From NCBI RefSeq assembly GCF_009914755.1, contig NC_060946.1: a stretch of 64,000 bases of DNA; one strand, given 5' to 3'. How positions within the stretch are numbered: the first letter of the stretch is position 1; each line of letters begins with the position of its first letter. The notes under the pieces are model-generated. The model was not told the DNA's origin. It saw nothing but the letters and a program-made list of their open reading frames with translations, and made no database searches. This DNA is from the human T2T-CHM13v2.0 reference genome, Homo sapiens. Positions 26,031 to 49,159 of the stretch are shown piece after piece. Both the position numbers and the translations under genes were made by a program.

Positions 26031-26679
26031 GAATAGATGCTTTGATTTTACCCCAGAAGAACTTCGGGGATAGATCCTGAAGAAGCCACAATTTGATGTT
26101 TATATGATTAAGGAAAAACCTTGATGATAGTTGAGATAGCATTAAAATTGGTGTGCTCTTTAAAGTGGCATAGTTGCTCTGTGCTCACCCATTGTTAACA
26201 CTGGAGCACTGGTGAGTTTGCTGCAAGTCCAGGGATTTGCTGCAGTTTGGTGTCACCAACAACAACCTTGGATACAGTATTAGGAGATCTCCCATAGGTT
26301 CTGAGAAAATGCTGTGCCATTTGAACCTCACGGGAAGCCACTCACCAGTTTGATTCCTCATCTGTGATTTTTAAATCTACCTGTACTTCAAAATCATCTA
26401 GGGACCTTTACTAATATGCAGGTTTAGATCCAAACCCCCAAAATTCTGATTTAGAAGGTCACAGCATTATTAGCGAGGACACTGGGTTATTCACAGGCTC
26501 CACAGCTGATTGTATCACACAGCCCAGCTGGGAAAACATCACTCTAACATCCCTTTTATCTCTGATATGATACAATCCCTGGACTTCCCTGGGTCAATGT
26601 TTCCTTCGAGTCCTTAACTGCCGTTTGTGATAATAAAATCATATGATCAAATATATGAGATGAATTTGAAAATCTAAGC

Positions 26680-26960
26680 AACTATTTATTCCATCATTGC
26701 TTCAGAAAAACACCAAGAGTACCAACTCTATGCTGGACACTGTATGGTAGCACTTCAGGAACAAAATCAAGTAAAATACCTGCTATGGCCTGTTTAAGGA
26801 AACAAAACAGGTACATAGAGGAGAGATTATTATTCAGTGTGGTAAACGCTGTGGCCAGAGTAAACACTAGATTTTGCTATTCTGATGGCATAGAGGAAAG
26901 GACTTCCTGGGAAAATGATGCTTATGATGATTCTTGAAGGGTAAATGAATGTTAGTAAGG
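26680..26960 (-). mobile_element. L2 remnant in the last intron of copy B
   Basis: GTACCAACTCTATGCTGGACACTGT...GACTTCCTGGGAAAATGATGCTT..TCTTGAAGG. Confidence 0.6.
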
Positions 26961-27041
26961 AGGGTTAAAATGGAAAGAAATTAATAAACTGTGAAATGCA
27001 TGAATTTCAAATATCCCCTTTCTGTTTACGTTGGTGTTTAA

Positions 27042-27812
27042 GACTCCCACGCCATCCAGGATACCTAGGGCCACCTGGAACTCCAGGAGACATTGAGAAG
27101 TCCTTCCCCACTCAAGTCTGCCTTTGCAGTGAAGCTGAGGGATCCCATCCCAGGCCCCTCCCAGCCCGTTGTCTTCAAGGAAGTGTTGCGTAATCATCAG
27201 GGCCACTTCAATCTTACCAAGGGGATGTTCCCCTGCATGTACCACCTCAATCTTACCACAGGGATGTTCACCTGGCACGTACCACCTTAATCTTACCACG
27301 GGGATGTTCATCTGCACCTACCACTTCAATCTTACCACGGGGATGTTCACCTGGCATGTACCACTTCAATGTTACCACGGGGATGTTCACCTGGCATGTA
27401 CCACTTCAATCTTTCCACAGGGATGTTCACCTGCCATGTACTACTTCAATCTTACCACGGGGATGATGTTCACCTGGCATGTACCACTTCAATCTTACCG
27501 TGAGGATGTTCACCTGGCACGTACCACTTTGGCTTCAACGTTGAGCCGTTCCAACATGCTGTAAAATTAGGGCTCATGAAGAACAGTACCCAAGTCCTCG
27601 AGAAGGAAGCCAACGCCGAGGACAATTATAGGCATGTGTTTGGAACTGTCGTCTTGCAGCTGATGATGGGAGATAGGGTCTGGCTAAAATCAAAGCTAGA
27701 AGCAAAAGAGAATGAGAAAGGGTTGATTCAAAGTGTGTTCTGTGGTTATTTGTTCTATGCAATTATACTGGCTAAGAGTAACCACACACTTCAATTCCTC
27801 AAGTGGGTCTAA
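27042..27812 (+). pseudogene. HP-25-like pseudogene copy B, terminal exon, interrupted by a minisatellite
   Basis: LPRHPGYLGPPGTPGDIEK/PSPLKSAFAVKLRDPIPGPSQPVVFKEVLRNHQGHFNLTKGMF-[repeat]-YHFGFNVEPFQHAVKLGLMKNSTQVLEKEANAEDNYRHVFGTVVLQLMMGDRVWLKSKLEAKENEKGLIQSVFCGYLFY. The in-frame acceptor reads AA; frameshift at ~27101. Confidence 0.92.
27203..27523 (+). repeat. Minisatellite, 8 units of 39-43 bp, consensus CCACTTCAATCTTACCACGGGGATGTTCACCTGGCATGTA
   Basis: Units start at 27203, 27242, 27282, 27321, 27361, 27401, 27441 and 27484. Confidence 0.95.
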
Positions 27813-30431
27813 ATTTCAGAGCGAAACTCCCCCTTCTCCAGTATATTTTTCCCTAAGATCATTACATGCATAACATTAAGAGTAACCCAATTTATCAATG
27901 TGAATGTAATTCCAAAAGCAGTAAAGATTAATAATCCATTAATTGGTCAACAACTTCTTATTGAAAGTCTATCACATTTCCAGTATTCTGCCATATCCTA
28001 GGAATTTCCAGGAGAGGATGTCAGAAAATCAGATCTAATTGGAAGCCTCTTGCCACTTGAAACTGAGGGGACCAGGAAAGTTCTCATTCCTTTTTGTGAT
28101 TATGTCTGAACATTTTTCTCCATACTAAAAAAGTCTTAATTATAGCCCCTTCTATCACTTCAATTTTACAACTTACAGTACAGCTAGGAAAGCACATATC
28201 CCAGAGAGATGAAGAAAATTTGTTCAAAGTCACATGAAGTTGTGAATACATACTATTAAATGCATATTTTGCATTCGATGAACAGTGCATATTTTGGCCA
28301 CTGTTAGAGCAAGGGGCAAGGGTATGGTTTGGAGGAGCAGTTTCTATGGCTTAATACCCATAAGACCCTATTAGTTGCCTACTAAGTATCCATTCACCCA
28401 TTCTATGTTTCAATTTATTCCTAACAGGTAAGGTTCCTGTTGCATTTTACAGATTAATAATTCGAGATTCAAAGAAGTAATCCTACTTATTCCCAACCAG
28501 ATTGCTAGTTAAAAGCCTGAGACAGGATTCTAATCCCAGGTTTCCCAAGAATCCGAGTTCTTAACCATAGTGTTTTTGATTAGTTAATTGTCATCTACTC
28601 ATTTCTCCAAGCTCTGCCCTTGGCTTTTGCTTTTCATTTCCAGCTAAGCCTTGGAGTACAGCAACCTACAAGAAGCAACCTTACTCTGGCTGGCATTTAC
28701 TCTGTTTGTTCATTCTCTCCCCTAGAGCAGTAGCCTCAGGAGATAATGTCAGAAGAAACAAATTGTTGGCACCAGGATCTGCATACCCCAATTAACAAAA
28801 TGATGCTTTCCACCCACCCTCCTGCAAATATTTGAAGCAGGAAACTGCCCCTCTCACAACCTGGGTCAGCCTCCTACCAGCCATTCTTAAGACAAAAGTC
28901 TTTTTCCTTTTAGTGGGTGAACCTTCTCCAGGAGTTCTTTCTGGCACGCCTAGCTGTGGGGTCTAAGGCTTGGACCCGTCTCTGATCACCCTATCAAGGC
29001 CTTAAGTAAACAGTACAATATTGCCTCTTCAGATATTTACCCCTGGTACAACCAGCTGCCAGCAACAAGATTAATATTTAACCACAAGGTAGATTCACCC
29101 ATTCTTACTGGCTCTGGATCTCAGCGTGGATAGGATTATAGACTATAATTCCTAGGCCATTTTTTAGATTTTCCTTCCAGCATGTCTGTTCTAGGAGTAG
29201 CTGTATATATAAGGCCAAAGTAAAGAGGCCATGCTACCTCCTACCCTGACTTCTATTTGAAGATGTATTCCTTGTGCTGAACCACAGGTTAGGAGTTATC
29301 ACAAACCATTTTCAGTACCGGAAGTCAAATGCAGATCAAAAAGTCTAGAATTGGAGGCAATTTCCAATGAGAAAAATGTGCAGGAAGAAACTAAGATTAA
29401 GTGCTACATATTCAAAACGGTCTAATAAACATAAAGCATGAAATGCTAATTAAGTTAGTTACTGTTTAACATGCATGCCATCTCTTTTAATCCTCATAAC
29501 AACCTTATAAGGAAAATATCTACTATATATTTCATACAAAGCAAACTATTTACATAACATTCCAAGTTTTTTCCCATTACCCTTATTTTGTTCTTTCTGC
29601 CTGGAATTCTTATGTTCCTGATCTTTGATGAACTCATCCATTTCCTAAGGTCTAGTTCAAATGTCTCCTTTAATATCTACATCAAATATACAAGTGTATA
29701 AGAAGAAGACTGTTTTACAAGAAGATATTAGAATTTAATTCTGAGTTGGAGTAGTGGAGCAGCATTGAACATAGTAAAGCAGAAGAACTATAATTCAACA
29801 GTAAATAATCCCTGGGTCTTTTCCTGTAAACCAGCACTTGGCCTACAGTGCAAGGCCAAATAGCACACTGATGATTGTCAAAGATAAGAATAAAATTGCT
29901 TGACCCACCACTGGACTATAAATGCCTAGGAAGCAACCCAGAGCATGTGAGCAATGACTCCATTTCCAGAATATTTTTGAAAGCAGGAGTGTCAAACAGT
30001 TATCATTTGCTTTTGTATAAGATATGATAAAGATTTTAAAAATCTGTCCTGTTACAAAGTCATATGTAATTGATGATAGATATTGTCTTGGTAAAATAAG
30101 GATTGAATTAGGTCTTACGTATAATGAGGTAGTAAAACATTTCATCATCTTCCCATGTGGGCCCTAAAATTCTGCTTGGAGACAGTGCTTCTTGTTATGG
30201 GAAAGTCTTGCTAAGAATTTGTGCTTGATGTGGGTTGCAACTAGAGTCAAGTCCACAAAGAAGGGAGCCAAATTAACATGCATATACCAGACATGACTTT
30301 CAGGCTATAAATCATATATTTTCTTGTTTTAGTCAGCTAAGTTTTACCTTTAAGCTTCAAAACTTAATGAACAAAAGTGAATAATTGAACCTCAGTAATA
30401 GATAACCCAGAGTCATAAAAATGTCCTGAGG

Positions 30432-30741
<310 letters not shown>

Positions 30742-30963
30742 TTACATAGCACTGAGACACCAGGGAAATCCTTTTAACCTTTAGATACCTAGATATCTAT
30801 CTATTCAAGTTACTGCTAAGGAACTTGCTATGGTCCAAATATTTGTGTCCCCCTTAAATGTATGTGTTGAAACCTAAGCTCCAACATGATGGTATTAGCA
30901 GGTGGAGTCTTCTGGGGTGATTAGATCATGAGGGCAGCCCTCATAAATGAGATTATTGCCCTG

Positions 30964-31263
30964 GGCTGGTGACACATGCCAGCACTTTGGGATGCCGAGG
31001 TGGGAGGATCACTTGAGGTCAGGAGTTCTAGACCAGCCTGGCCAACATGATGAATCCCCATCTCTACTCAAAATACAAAAATTAGTCAGGCATGGTGGTG
31101 CACATCTGTAATCCCAGCTACTCAGGAGGCTGAGGCAGGAGAATCGCTTGAACCCAGGAGATGGAGGTTATAGTGAGCTGAGATCATGCCACTGCACCCT
31201 GGCCTGGATGACAAAGCAAGACTCCATCTCAAAAATAAATAAATAAATATAAAAATAAATAAA
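30964..31263 (+). mobile_element. AluS inserted in an MLT1A/MST LTR fragment (from ~30826)
   Basis: Alu body with an (AAAT)n tail; TGCTATGG..ATTTGTGTCCCC upstream. Confidence 0.88.
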
Positions 31264-31284
31264 GGAGACCTCATAGAGCTAGCT

Positions 31285-33405
31285 TGATATGGTTTGGCTT
31301 GTGTCCCTACCCAAATCTCATCTGGAATTGTAATCCCCACGTGTCGGAGGAGAGACTGGTGGGAGGTGATTGGATCATTGGAGTGGTTTCCCCGATGCTG
31401 TTCTCGTGACAATGAGGGAGATATCATAAGATCTGATGGTTTAAAAGTTGTAGTTTCCTCTGTACTCTTTCTCTCCTGCCCCCTTGGGAAGAAGGTACTT
31501 GCTTCCCCTTTGCCTTCTGCCATGAGTGTGAGTTTCCTGAGGCCTCCCCAATCATGCAGAACTGTGAGTCAATTAAATCTCTTTCCTTTAAAAATTACCC
31601 CATCTTGGTATCTTTATAACAGTGTGAGAATGGACTAATACAGAGAATTGGTACCATCAGTGGTACTGCTATAAAGTGGGTACTGCTATAAAGGTAACCT
31701 GAAAATGTGGAAGCAACTTTGGAACTGGGTAACAGACAGCGGTTGGAACAGTTAGGAGGGCTCAGAAGAAGACAGGAAGATGTGGGAAAGTTTGGAACTT
31801 CCTAGAGACTTGTTGGATGGTTTTGACCAAAATGCTGATAGTGATATGGACGATAAAGTCCAGGCTGAGGTGGTCTCAGATGGAGATAAGGAAGTTTTTG
31901 GGAACTGGAGCAAAGGTCACTCTTGCTATGCTTTAGTAAAGCAACTGGCAGGATTTTGCCCCTGCCGTAGAGATCTGTGGAACTTTAAACTTGAGTGAGA
32001 TAATTTAGGGTGTCTGGTAGAAGAAATTTCTAAGCAGCAAAGCATTCAAGATGTGACCTGGCTTTTTCTGAAAGCATTCAGTCATATGGGTTCACGAAGA
32101 GATGGTTTGAAATTGGAACTTATGTTTAAAAGGGAAGTAGAGCATAAAGGTTTGGAAAATTTGCAGCCTGATCATGTGGTGGAAGACAAAAACCCATTTT
32201 CTGTGGAGAAATTCAAGCCTACTGCAGAAACTTGCACAAATAATGAGGAACTGAATGTTAATAGCCAAGACAATGAGGAAAATGTCTCCAGGGCATGTCA
32301 GAGACCTTCACAGCAGCCCCTCCCATCACAGGCCTAGAGGCCTAGGAGGGAAAAGTGGTTTTGTGGGCTGCACCCAGGGCCCCACTGCTCTGTGTAGCTT
32401 CCGGACTTGGTGCCCTGCATCCCAGCCACTCCAGCTCCAGCTGTGGCTAAAAGGGCCAAAGTACAGCTCATGCCATTGATTCAGAGGATGCAAGCCCCAA
32501 GCCTTGGCAGCTTCCACGTGGTGATAGGCCTGAGAGTGCGCAGAAGATAAGAGCTGAGGTTTGGGAATGTCCACCTAGATTTCAGAGGATGTAAGGAAAT
32601 GCCTGGATATCCAGGCAGAAGCTGGCTGCAAGGGTAGAGCCCTCATGGAGAACATTTGCTAGGCAGTGAGGAAGGGAAATGTGGGGTTGGAGTCCCCACA
32701 CAGAGTCCCCACTGGGGCACTGCCTAGTGAGAAGAGGACCATTGTCCTCCAGACCCCAGAAAGGTAGATCCACTGACAGAGGCACCATACACCTGGAAAC
32801 ACCACAGGCACTCAATGCCAGCCTGTGAAAGCATCCACAGGGGCTGTACCCTGCAGAGCCACAGGGGCATAGGTGCCCAAGACCATGGAAACCCACCTCT
32901 TGCATCAGCCTGCCCTGGATGTGAGACATGGAATCAAAGGAGATTGTATTGAAGCTCTAAGATTTAAAGAATGCCCTGCTGGGTTTCAGACTTGCATGGG
33001 GCCTGTGGCCCCTTTGTTTTGGCCAATTTCTCCCATTTAGAATGGGAATATTTACCAATGCCTGTACCCCCATTGTATCTTGGAAGTAACTAACTTGCTT
33101 TTTATTTTACAGGCTCATAGGGACTTGCTTTGTCTCAGATGAGACTTTGGACTTGGACTTTTGAGTTAATGCTGGAATGAGTTAAGACTTTGAGGGACTG
33201 TTGGGAAGGCATGATTGGTTTTGAAATGGTGGTTTCTCCCATGCTGTTCTCGTGACAGTGAGGAAGATCTCATGAGATATTATGGTTAAAAAGTGAAAGT
33301 TTCCCCTGCTCACTCTCTCTCTCTCTCTCTACTGCTGCCTTGTGAAGAAGGTACTTGCTTCCCCTTCCCCTTCCTTCATGATTGTAAGCTTCCTGAGGCT
33401 TCCCC
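31285..33405 (+). mobile_element. MSTA/THE1-type element: 5' LTR 31285-31642, internal region, doubly truncated 3' LTR
   Basis: TGATATGGTTTGGCT...GGACTAATACA then MaLR internal sequence; the junction at ~33227 skips the LTR start. Confidence 0.92.
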
Positions 33406-33422
33406 AAATTTCTCTGCAATAG

Positions 33423-33525
33423 AATTTTTTCTGGATATTGTCTATGATGTGAATTCTCCACCCCTATCCTAGGAACTCTAATTACTCTAGTATATTTCAC
33501 CTCCTAAGAATAATGTGCTAAGTAT
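33423..33525 (+). pseudogene. Possible highly degraded exon 2 of HP-like copy C
   Basis: AG followed by TTCTGGATATTGTCT (FWILS), then AATTCTC...TCCTAGGAACTCTAATTACTCTAGTAT, which aligns at ~21/31 with copy B exon 2 (TCCCAGGAGCTCGAAGTTCCCAAGTAC). No donor seen. Confidence 0.4.
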
Positions 33526-33546
33526 CATGTGATAAGATTATAGTGC

Positions 33547-38189
<4,643 letters not shown>

Positions 38190-38259
38190 AAGATTATAGT
38201 GCCTTATTAAATAAAACAATAGATATGGATATTTAATATATTAGAGAGAACATTTATTC

Positions 38260-38570
38260 TTTTAATTATTCATTTAACAAACATGCATGGCATATCAGTT
38301 CAATGTCAAAATCTACCCTCTAAATCTAGATGCAGACTTTGTATCTCCTGCCTCAAGTAACATAAAAAGAGAGAAAATATAGAATTAATTCAAGGTTCAA
38401 AATTCCTATGACAAGGACTATGATCAGTGTTAGCACATAATGCTGTGATTCCCATATCTTAGAGGATAAAGAAAAAAAAATCTCAGTCTAAAGTAGATAA
38501 AGAAGAAATATTTGAGTTGAGTCTTAACAGATGACTAGAGGTTGCTTGGAATGGGTGGATGTGGGATGGT
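38260..38570 (-). mobile_element. L2 remnant in the last intron of copy C
   Basis: ATTCATTTAACAAACATG...CTCCTGCCTCAAG...ATATTTGAGTTGAGTCTTAACAGATGACTAG. Confidence 0.6.
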
Positions 38571-38623
38571 GTAGGAAACCACTTCGTGTGAAAAGGATCA
38601 ACTCAGAATCACCCCGTCTCACT

Positions 38624-38996
38624 TGATATGGTTTGACTCTGCATCCCCACCCAAATCTCTTCTCAAATTGTAATTCCCATGTGTCGAGGGAGGGGCCTGA
38701 TGGGAGGTGATTGGATCGTAGGGGCAGTATTCCTTCATGCTGTTCTCGTGGTAGTCAGTGAGTTCTCACAAGATCTGTGCTTGAAAAGTGTGTGGCTCTT
38801 CCAGCTTCACTCTCTCTGTCTCCTGCTGCTACCTTGTGAAGAAGGTACCTTGCTTCTCCTTCACTTTCCGCCATGATTGCGAGATTCCTGAAGCCTCCCA
38901 GCCATGTGGAACTGTGAGTCATTTAAACCTCTTTTGTTTGTAAATTAGCCGGTCTTAGGTAGTATCTTTATAGCAATGTAAAAACAGACTAATACA
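38624..38996 (+). mobile_element. MSTA/THE1-type solo LTR with perfect 5-bp TSD TCACT
   Basis: TGATATGGTTTG...AGACTAATACA, flanked by TCACT on both sides. Confidence 0.93.
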
Positions 38997-39022
38997 TCAC
39001 TTTTATTTATTTTATGATTTAG

Positions 39023-39472
39023 GAAGGCCTGCATCACTAGGATCACCAGGGCCAAATGAGTTTCCAAAAGATATTGAGCAGTGTCCATACACACAAAAGT
39101 TTTCCTTTGTCATGAAGCTGAGTGATATCTTCCCAGGCCCCTTGCAGCCCCTTGCCTTAAAGGAAGCCCTGCACAACCATTAAGGCCACTTTGATCTCAA
39201 CACTGGAGTCTTTATGCTGTTCCTGGAATCCACCAGTTTTGTTTTGATGTTGAAACACACAAGCATCCTGTGAAGGTGATACTCATGAAGAAAGGCACTC
39301 AAGTTATGCAGAAGGAGGCTGAGGCTTAGAATGGACATGAACAGGTTCAGGGACTGCTGTCTTAGAGCTGATGAGTGGGGACAGGGTTTGGATGGAGTCC
39401 AAAGTGAACCCACAACATGAAAAATGAATTCTTCAAACTATATTTTTTGGGGTTTTGCTTTATGAAAGTTAA
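39023..39472 (+). pseudogene. HP-27/HP-25-like pseudogene copy C, terminal exon, disrupted
   Basis: Acceptor tttag|GA. GRPASLGSPGPNEFPKDIEQCPYTQKFSFVMKLSDIFPGPLQPLALKEALHNH*GHFDLNTGVF/AVPGIHQFCFDVETHKHPVKVILMKKGTQVMQKEAEA*NGHEQV/GTAVLELMSGDRVWMESKVNPQHEK*ILQTIFFGVLLYES*. Stops at 39181, 39327 and 39425. Confidence 0.9.
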
Positions 39473-39715
39473 CTGGGGGAGAAGCAGTAATTTTTTCCTT
39501 TCTTCAAAAAGTCTGACTTGAAGAACAGAATATTCTCTTCCTCCTCAATATACCTAAGAGGATAATAGAGTTGAATAATTTCTAGTATACCAATGTGAAT
39601 TTAGTACTAATGCTGAAACCATAAATATTATACCAGTTTATATTTGAACACTCAACTATAAACTGTTGGCATCCTCCCATGTTTCCAGAATTATGATAAA
39701 ATGTATATGTATCCA

Positions 39716-40078
39716 TGTCTTACTCCATTTTCTATTGCTATACCTGAGACTGGGTAATTTATAAAGAAAAGAAATTTATTTCTTACGGTTTTGAAAGCTG
39801 AGAATTCCAAGAGCATGATACCAGCATCTGGTGAGGACCTTCTTGCTGCATCATAACAGGGTGGAGGGCATCACACGGCAAGAGGGCAAGAGCATGTGTG
39901 TCAGCCCAGGCCTTGATGTTTCTTCTTATAAAGCCAACAGTCCCATCATGGGGGCCCCACCCTGAAGAATCTTATCTAATCCTAATTACCTCTCCATTAT
40001 CCCACCTCCAATCAACATATAAATTTTGAATAAAGTTTCCAACACATGAAATTTGGAAGGCATATTCAAACCATAGCA
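39716..40078 (-). mobile_element. MST/MLT1A-type solo LTR
   Basis: CCTGAGACTGGGTAATTTATAAAGAAAAG...CAAACCATAGCA. Confidence 0.85.
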
Positions 40079-40689
40079 ATCCACACATGCAGCTATGGGG
40101 GCAAAAGCTGTGAAGGAGCTATTCTAAATCAGAACCACCCACATGTACAGAGGAAGACAGCTGTCATTTAGAATGAGGTTGGAGCACTAGAAAAGCCCTT
40201 TGCCCCCTACACACTTATACCTGGATCTTTCTTCTCTTGAGCAAAATCTTTCCCAAATTAATTAAGGACAAGGTTAATGACACAAATAGCCCTGGGAAAT
40301 ATAAAGTTTTTGCTTTTATTACATGAAAATTTACATGGCTTCATGATGCTTTCTGTGAGGCCAATTTCATGACAGAAGGGCAGAGCAGTACAAGACGCAT
40401 AGGTACTGTTTGGGGAAATATTTCTGTTGTTCTGCCTTTATGAAGTTACATTGTGGCATCCTGGTAGCTCCTTAAATCAATGTAGTGTTTTACTCTTCTG
40501 TATATCCCAACAATTTATTCTTCCTATTATTTAAGTACTTTGGGGGTTGTCCATTTATTTGCTGGGTTTCTATTTGGATTCAGTTAGACTAGCAACTGCC
40601 AGCAGACTCCTTATTATGGAAAGGGTGGGCAGGTTCAAAGGGTTTTTCAAATACAATTTCCTCCTTACTGATTTACCACTTTAATCCCC

Positions 40690-41081
40690 TGCTGCGGTTT
40701 GAATGATGGTGTCTGTTCCAAAATTTGTGTTGAAACGTAATGGCTACTGTGACAGTATTAAGAGGTGGGGCCTTTAAGAAGTGATTAGGTCATGAGGACT
40801 CTTCCTTTGTGAATGGGAGTAAGGCCCTCGTAAAAGAGAAGTCATGCAATATTTTGCCTTTCTTGCCCTTCTGCCTTCTGCCATGTGAGGACACAGCAGT
40901 CCTCCTCTCTGGAAGATGCAGCAACAAGGTACCATCTTGGTAGTGGAGAGACTGGGCCCTCACCAGCCAGCACCTTGATCTTGGACTCCCAACCTACAGA
41001 CCTGTGAGAAATACATTTCTGGTCTTTACAAATTACCCAGTATCAGTTATTTTGTAATAGCAGCAGAAATGGACTAAGACA
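40690..41081 (+). mobile_element. MST/MLT1A-type solo LTR
   Basis: TGCTGCGGTTTGAATG...AATTACCCAG...GGACTAAGACA. Confidence 0.85.
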
Positions 41082-41149
41082 CTCCCCTTCACACTTGAGT
41101 GATGTAAATTTGAATGGTATAAATTTGATAAAGTTGATAAAATAAACAA

Positions 41150-41955
41150 ATGTAAATGGTATACAAAGAGCACATGAAAAGATGCTCAACATCATTAGCT
41201 ATAGGAAAATGCAAATCAAAACCACGATTAGATACCACTTAGGCCCACAAGAATGGTTATGATTTTAAAACGATAACAGGTGCTGATTAGATCATAGAGA
41301 AATTAATACCCTCAAACCTGCTAGTGGGAATGTAAAACCTGCTAGTGCCTGCTAGGCACTGCGAAAAACTGGCAGTTCCTCAGAAAGTTAACCATAGTGT
41401 AATCATATAACCCAGCCATTCCACTCCTAGGCATAGAGCCAAGAGAATTGGAAACATATGTTCACACAAAAATGTGTCACAATTATTCATAGCAGCATTA
41501 TTCGTAACAGCCAAAAGGTGGAAACAACCTAAATATCCGTTAACTGATGAGTGAATAAATAAAATGTGATAAATCCTCGCAACAGAATGTTATTTGGCAA
41601 TTAAAAGGAATGTAGTATGAATACATGCTGCAACCTGGATAACTCTTGAAAACATTGTTCTAAATGAAAGAAGCCTATTACAAAAGGGCACATATTGTAT
41701 GATTTCATTCATATGAAATACCAAGAATAGGCAAATCGAGAGACAAAAAGTAGATTAGTGATTTCTGGGGGATAGGATTGGGAGTAGGCATGAGGAGTGA
41801 CAGCCAGTGGGTACGGAATCCTTTTGTGGATGTGGTTCTAAAATTAGACTGTGGTGACATTTGCACTACTCTATAAATGTAAAAACCATTGAGCTGCACA
41901 CTTGAAAGTGGGTAAATTATAAGGTTTATTAATTATATCTCACTAAAGCTGCTTA
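41150..41955 (+). mobile_element. L1MB/MC 3' end
   Basis: CACATGAAAAGATGCTCAACATCATTAG...AATTATATCTCACTAAAGCTG. Confidence 0.8.
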
Positions 41956-42394
41956 AAGACCCATGAGTCTATTCTGATGTAAATACATAAACAGGAAAGA
42001 AGGGGAAGTTTTTCTTTACAGTAGAATGTAAAACTATATAAAGAATAATGGAGTTATAAATTTAAAATAGAATCTAAAATCAGTGGATAAAATTTTTACG
42101 AAGAAGAGGTCCAATCCAGCAGTTTAATTAACCTACTCTTTAAAGATACATGATTTTATGGAGTATCTACTGTATACATGATAATATTCTATTTTTATGT
42201 ATTTTCATTTTTATACCATATCTCAGATCAATTGATGAGCATAATATCTCCATTTTAAAGATCTTTTATTGAGGCTAACTAAACTTACCTAACTAGTCAG
42301 AAGTTACACTGCTAGGAAGTGGCAAAGAGAGTATTTTTTGAACTCAGACATTCTTCACGTGAGCACATTGTTAGGCTATTAGGCTACATTACTC

Positions 42395-42977
<583 letters not shown>

Positions 42978-43289
42978 AGGGTATATTACTTTTGACTAAT
43001 TTGCAGTCAGTAACCAAATACTGAAACTAACAAATGATTAAGGTAAAATATAAGTAGTCCAATAGACTTGAAATGTTTAATATTTGAGTTTAGAATTTTT
43101 TATAATATATTAGGGTTCTACAGTCCCACAGCATAAGTGACCAGCTGCAAAATTTAGTACATAAATTTTGAACTAAAAACTTTTTGTACTCAAAACTTTT
43201 TGCTCTTTTACTCTTTCCTGTTTCTGTTTGTTTTCTCCCTTTCATATTGTGTGTGTGTCTGTGTGTCTGTATTTCTTTCAGTTATGTGT

Positions 43290-49030
<5,741 letters not shown>

Positions 49031-49159
49031 TTTTTGCTGATAATAATTAAATAATAAATAAATAAATAAATACTCTTGTTCATAAGTCACCCATCCTATG
49101 GTATTTTGTTATAGCAATCCAGACAGACTAAGACACAAAATTAACGAGAAACTCTTACT

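Noticed and set aside
27203-27523. CRISPR-like appearance of the ~40-bp repeat
   Set aside because: Units are contiguous with no unique spacers, the context is eukaryotic, and the unit derives from C1q codons.
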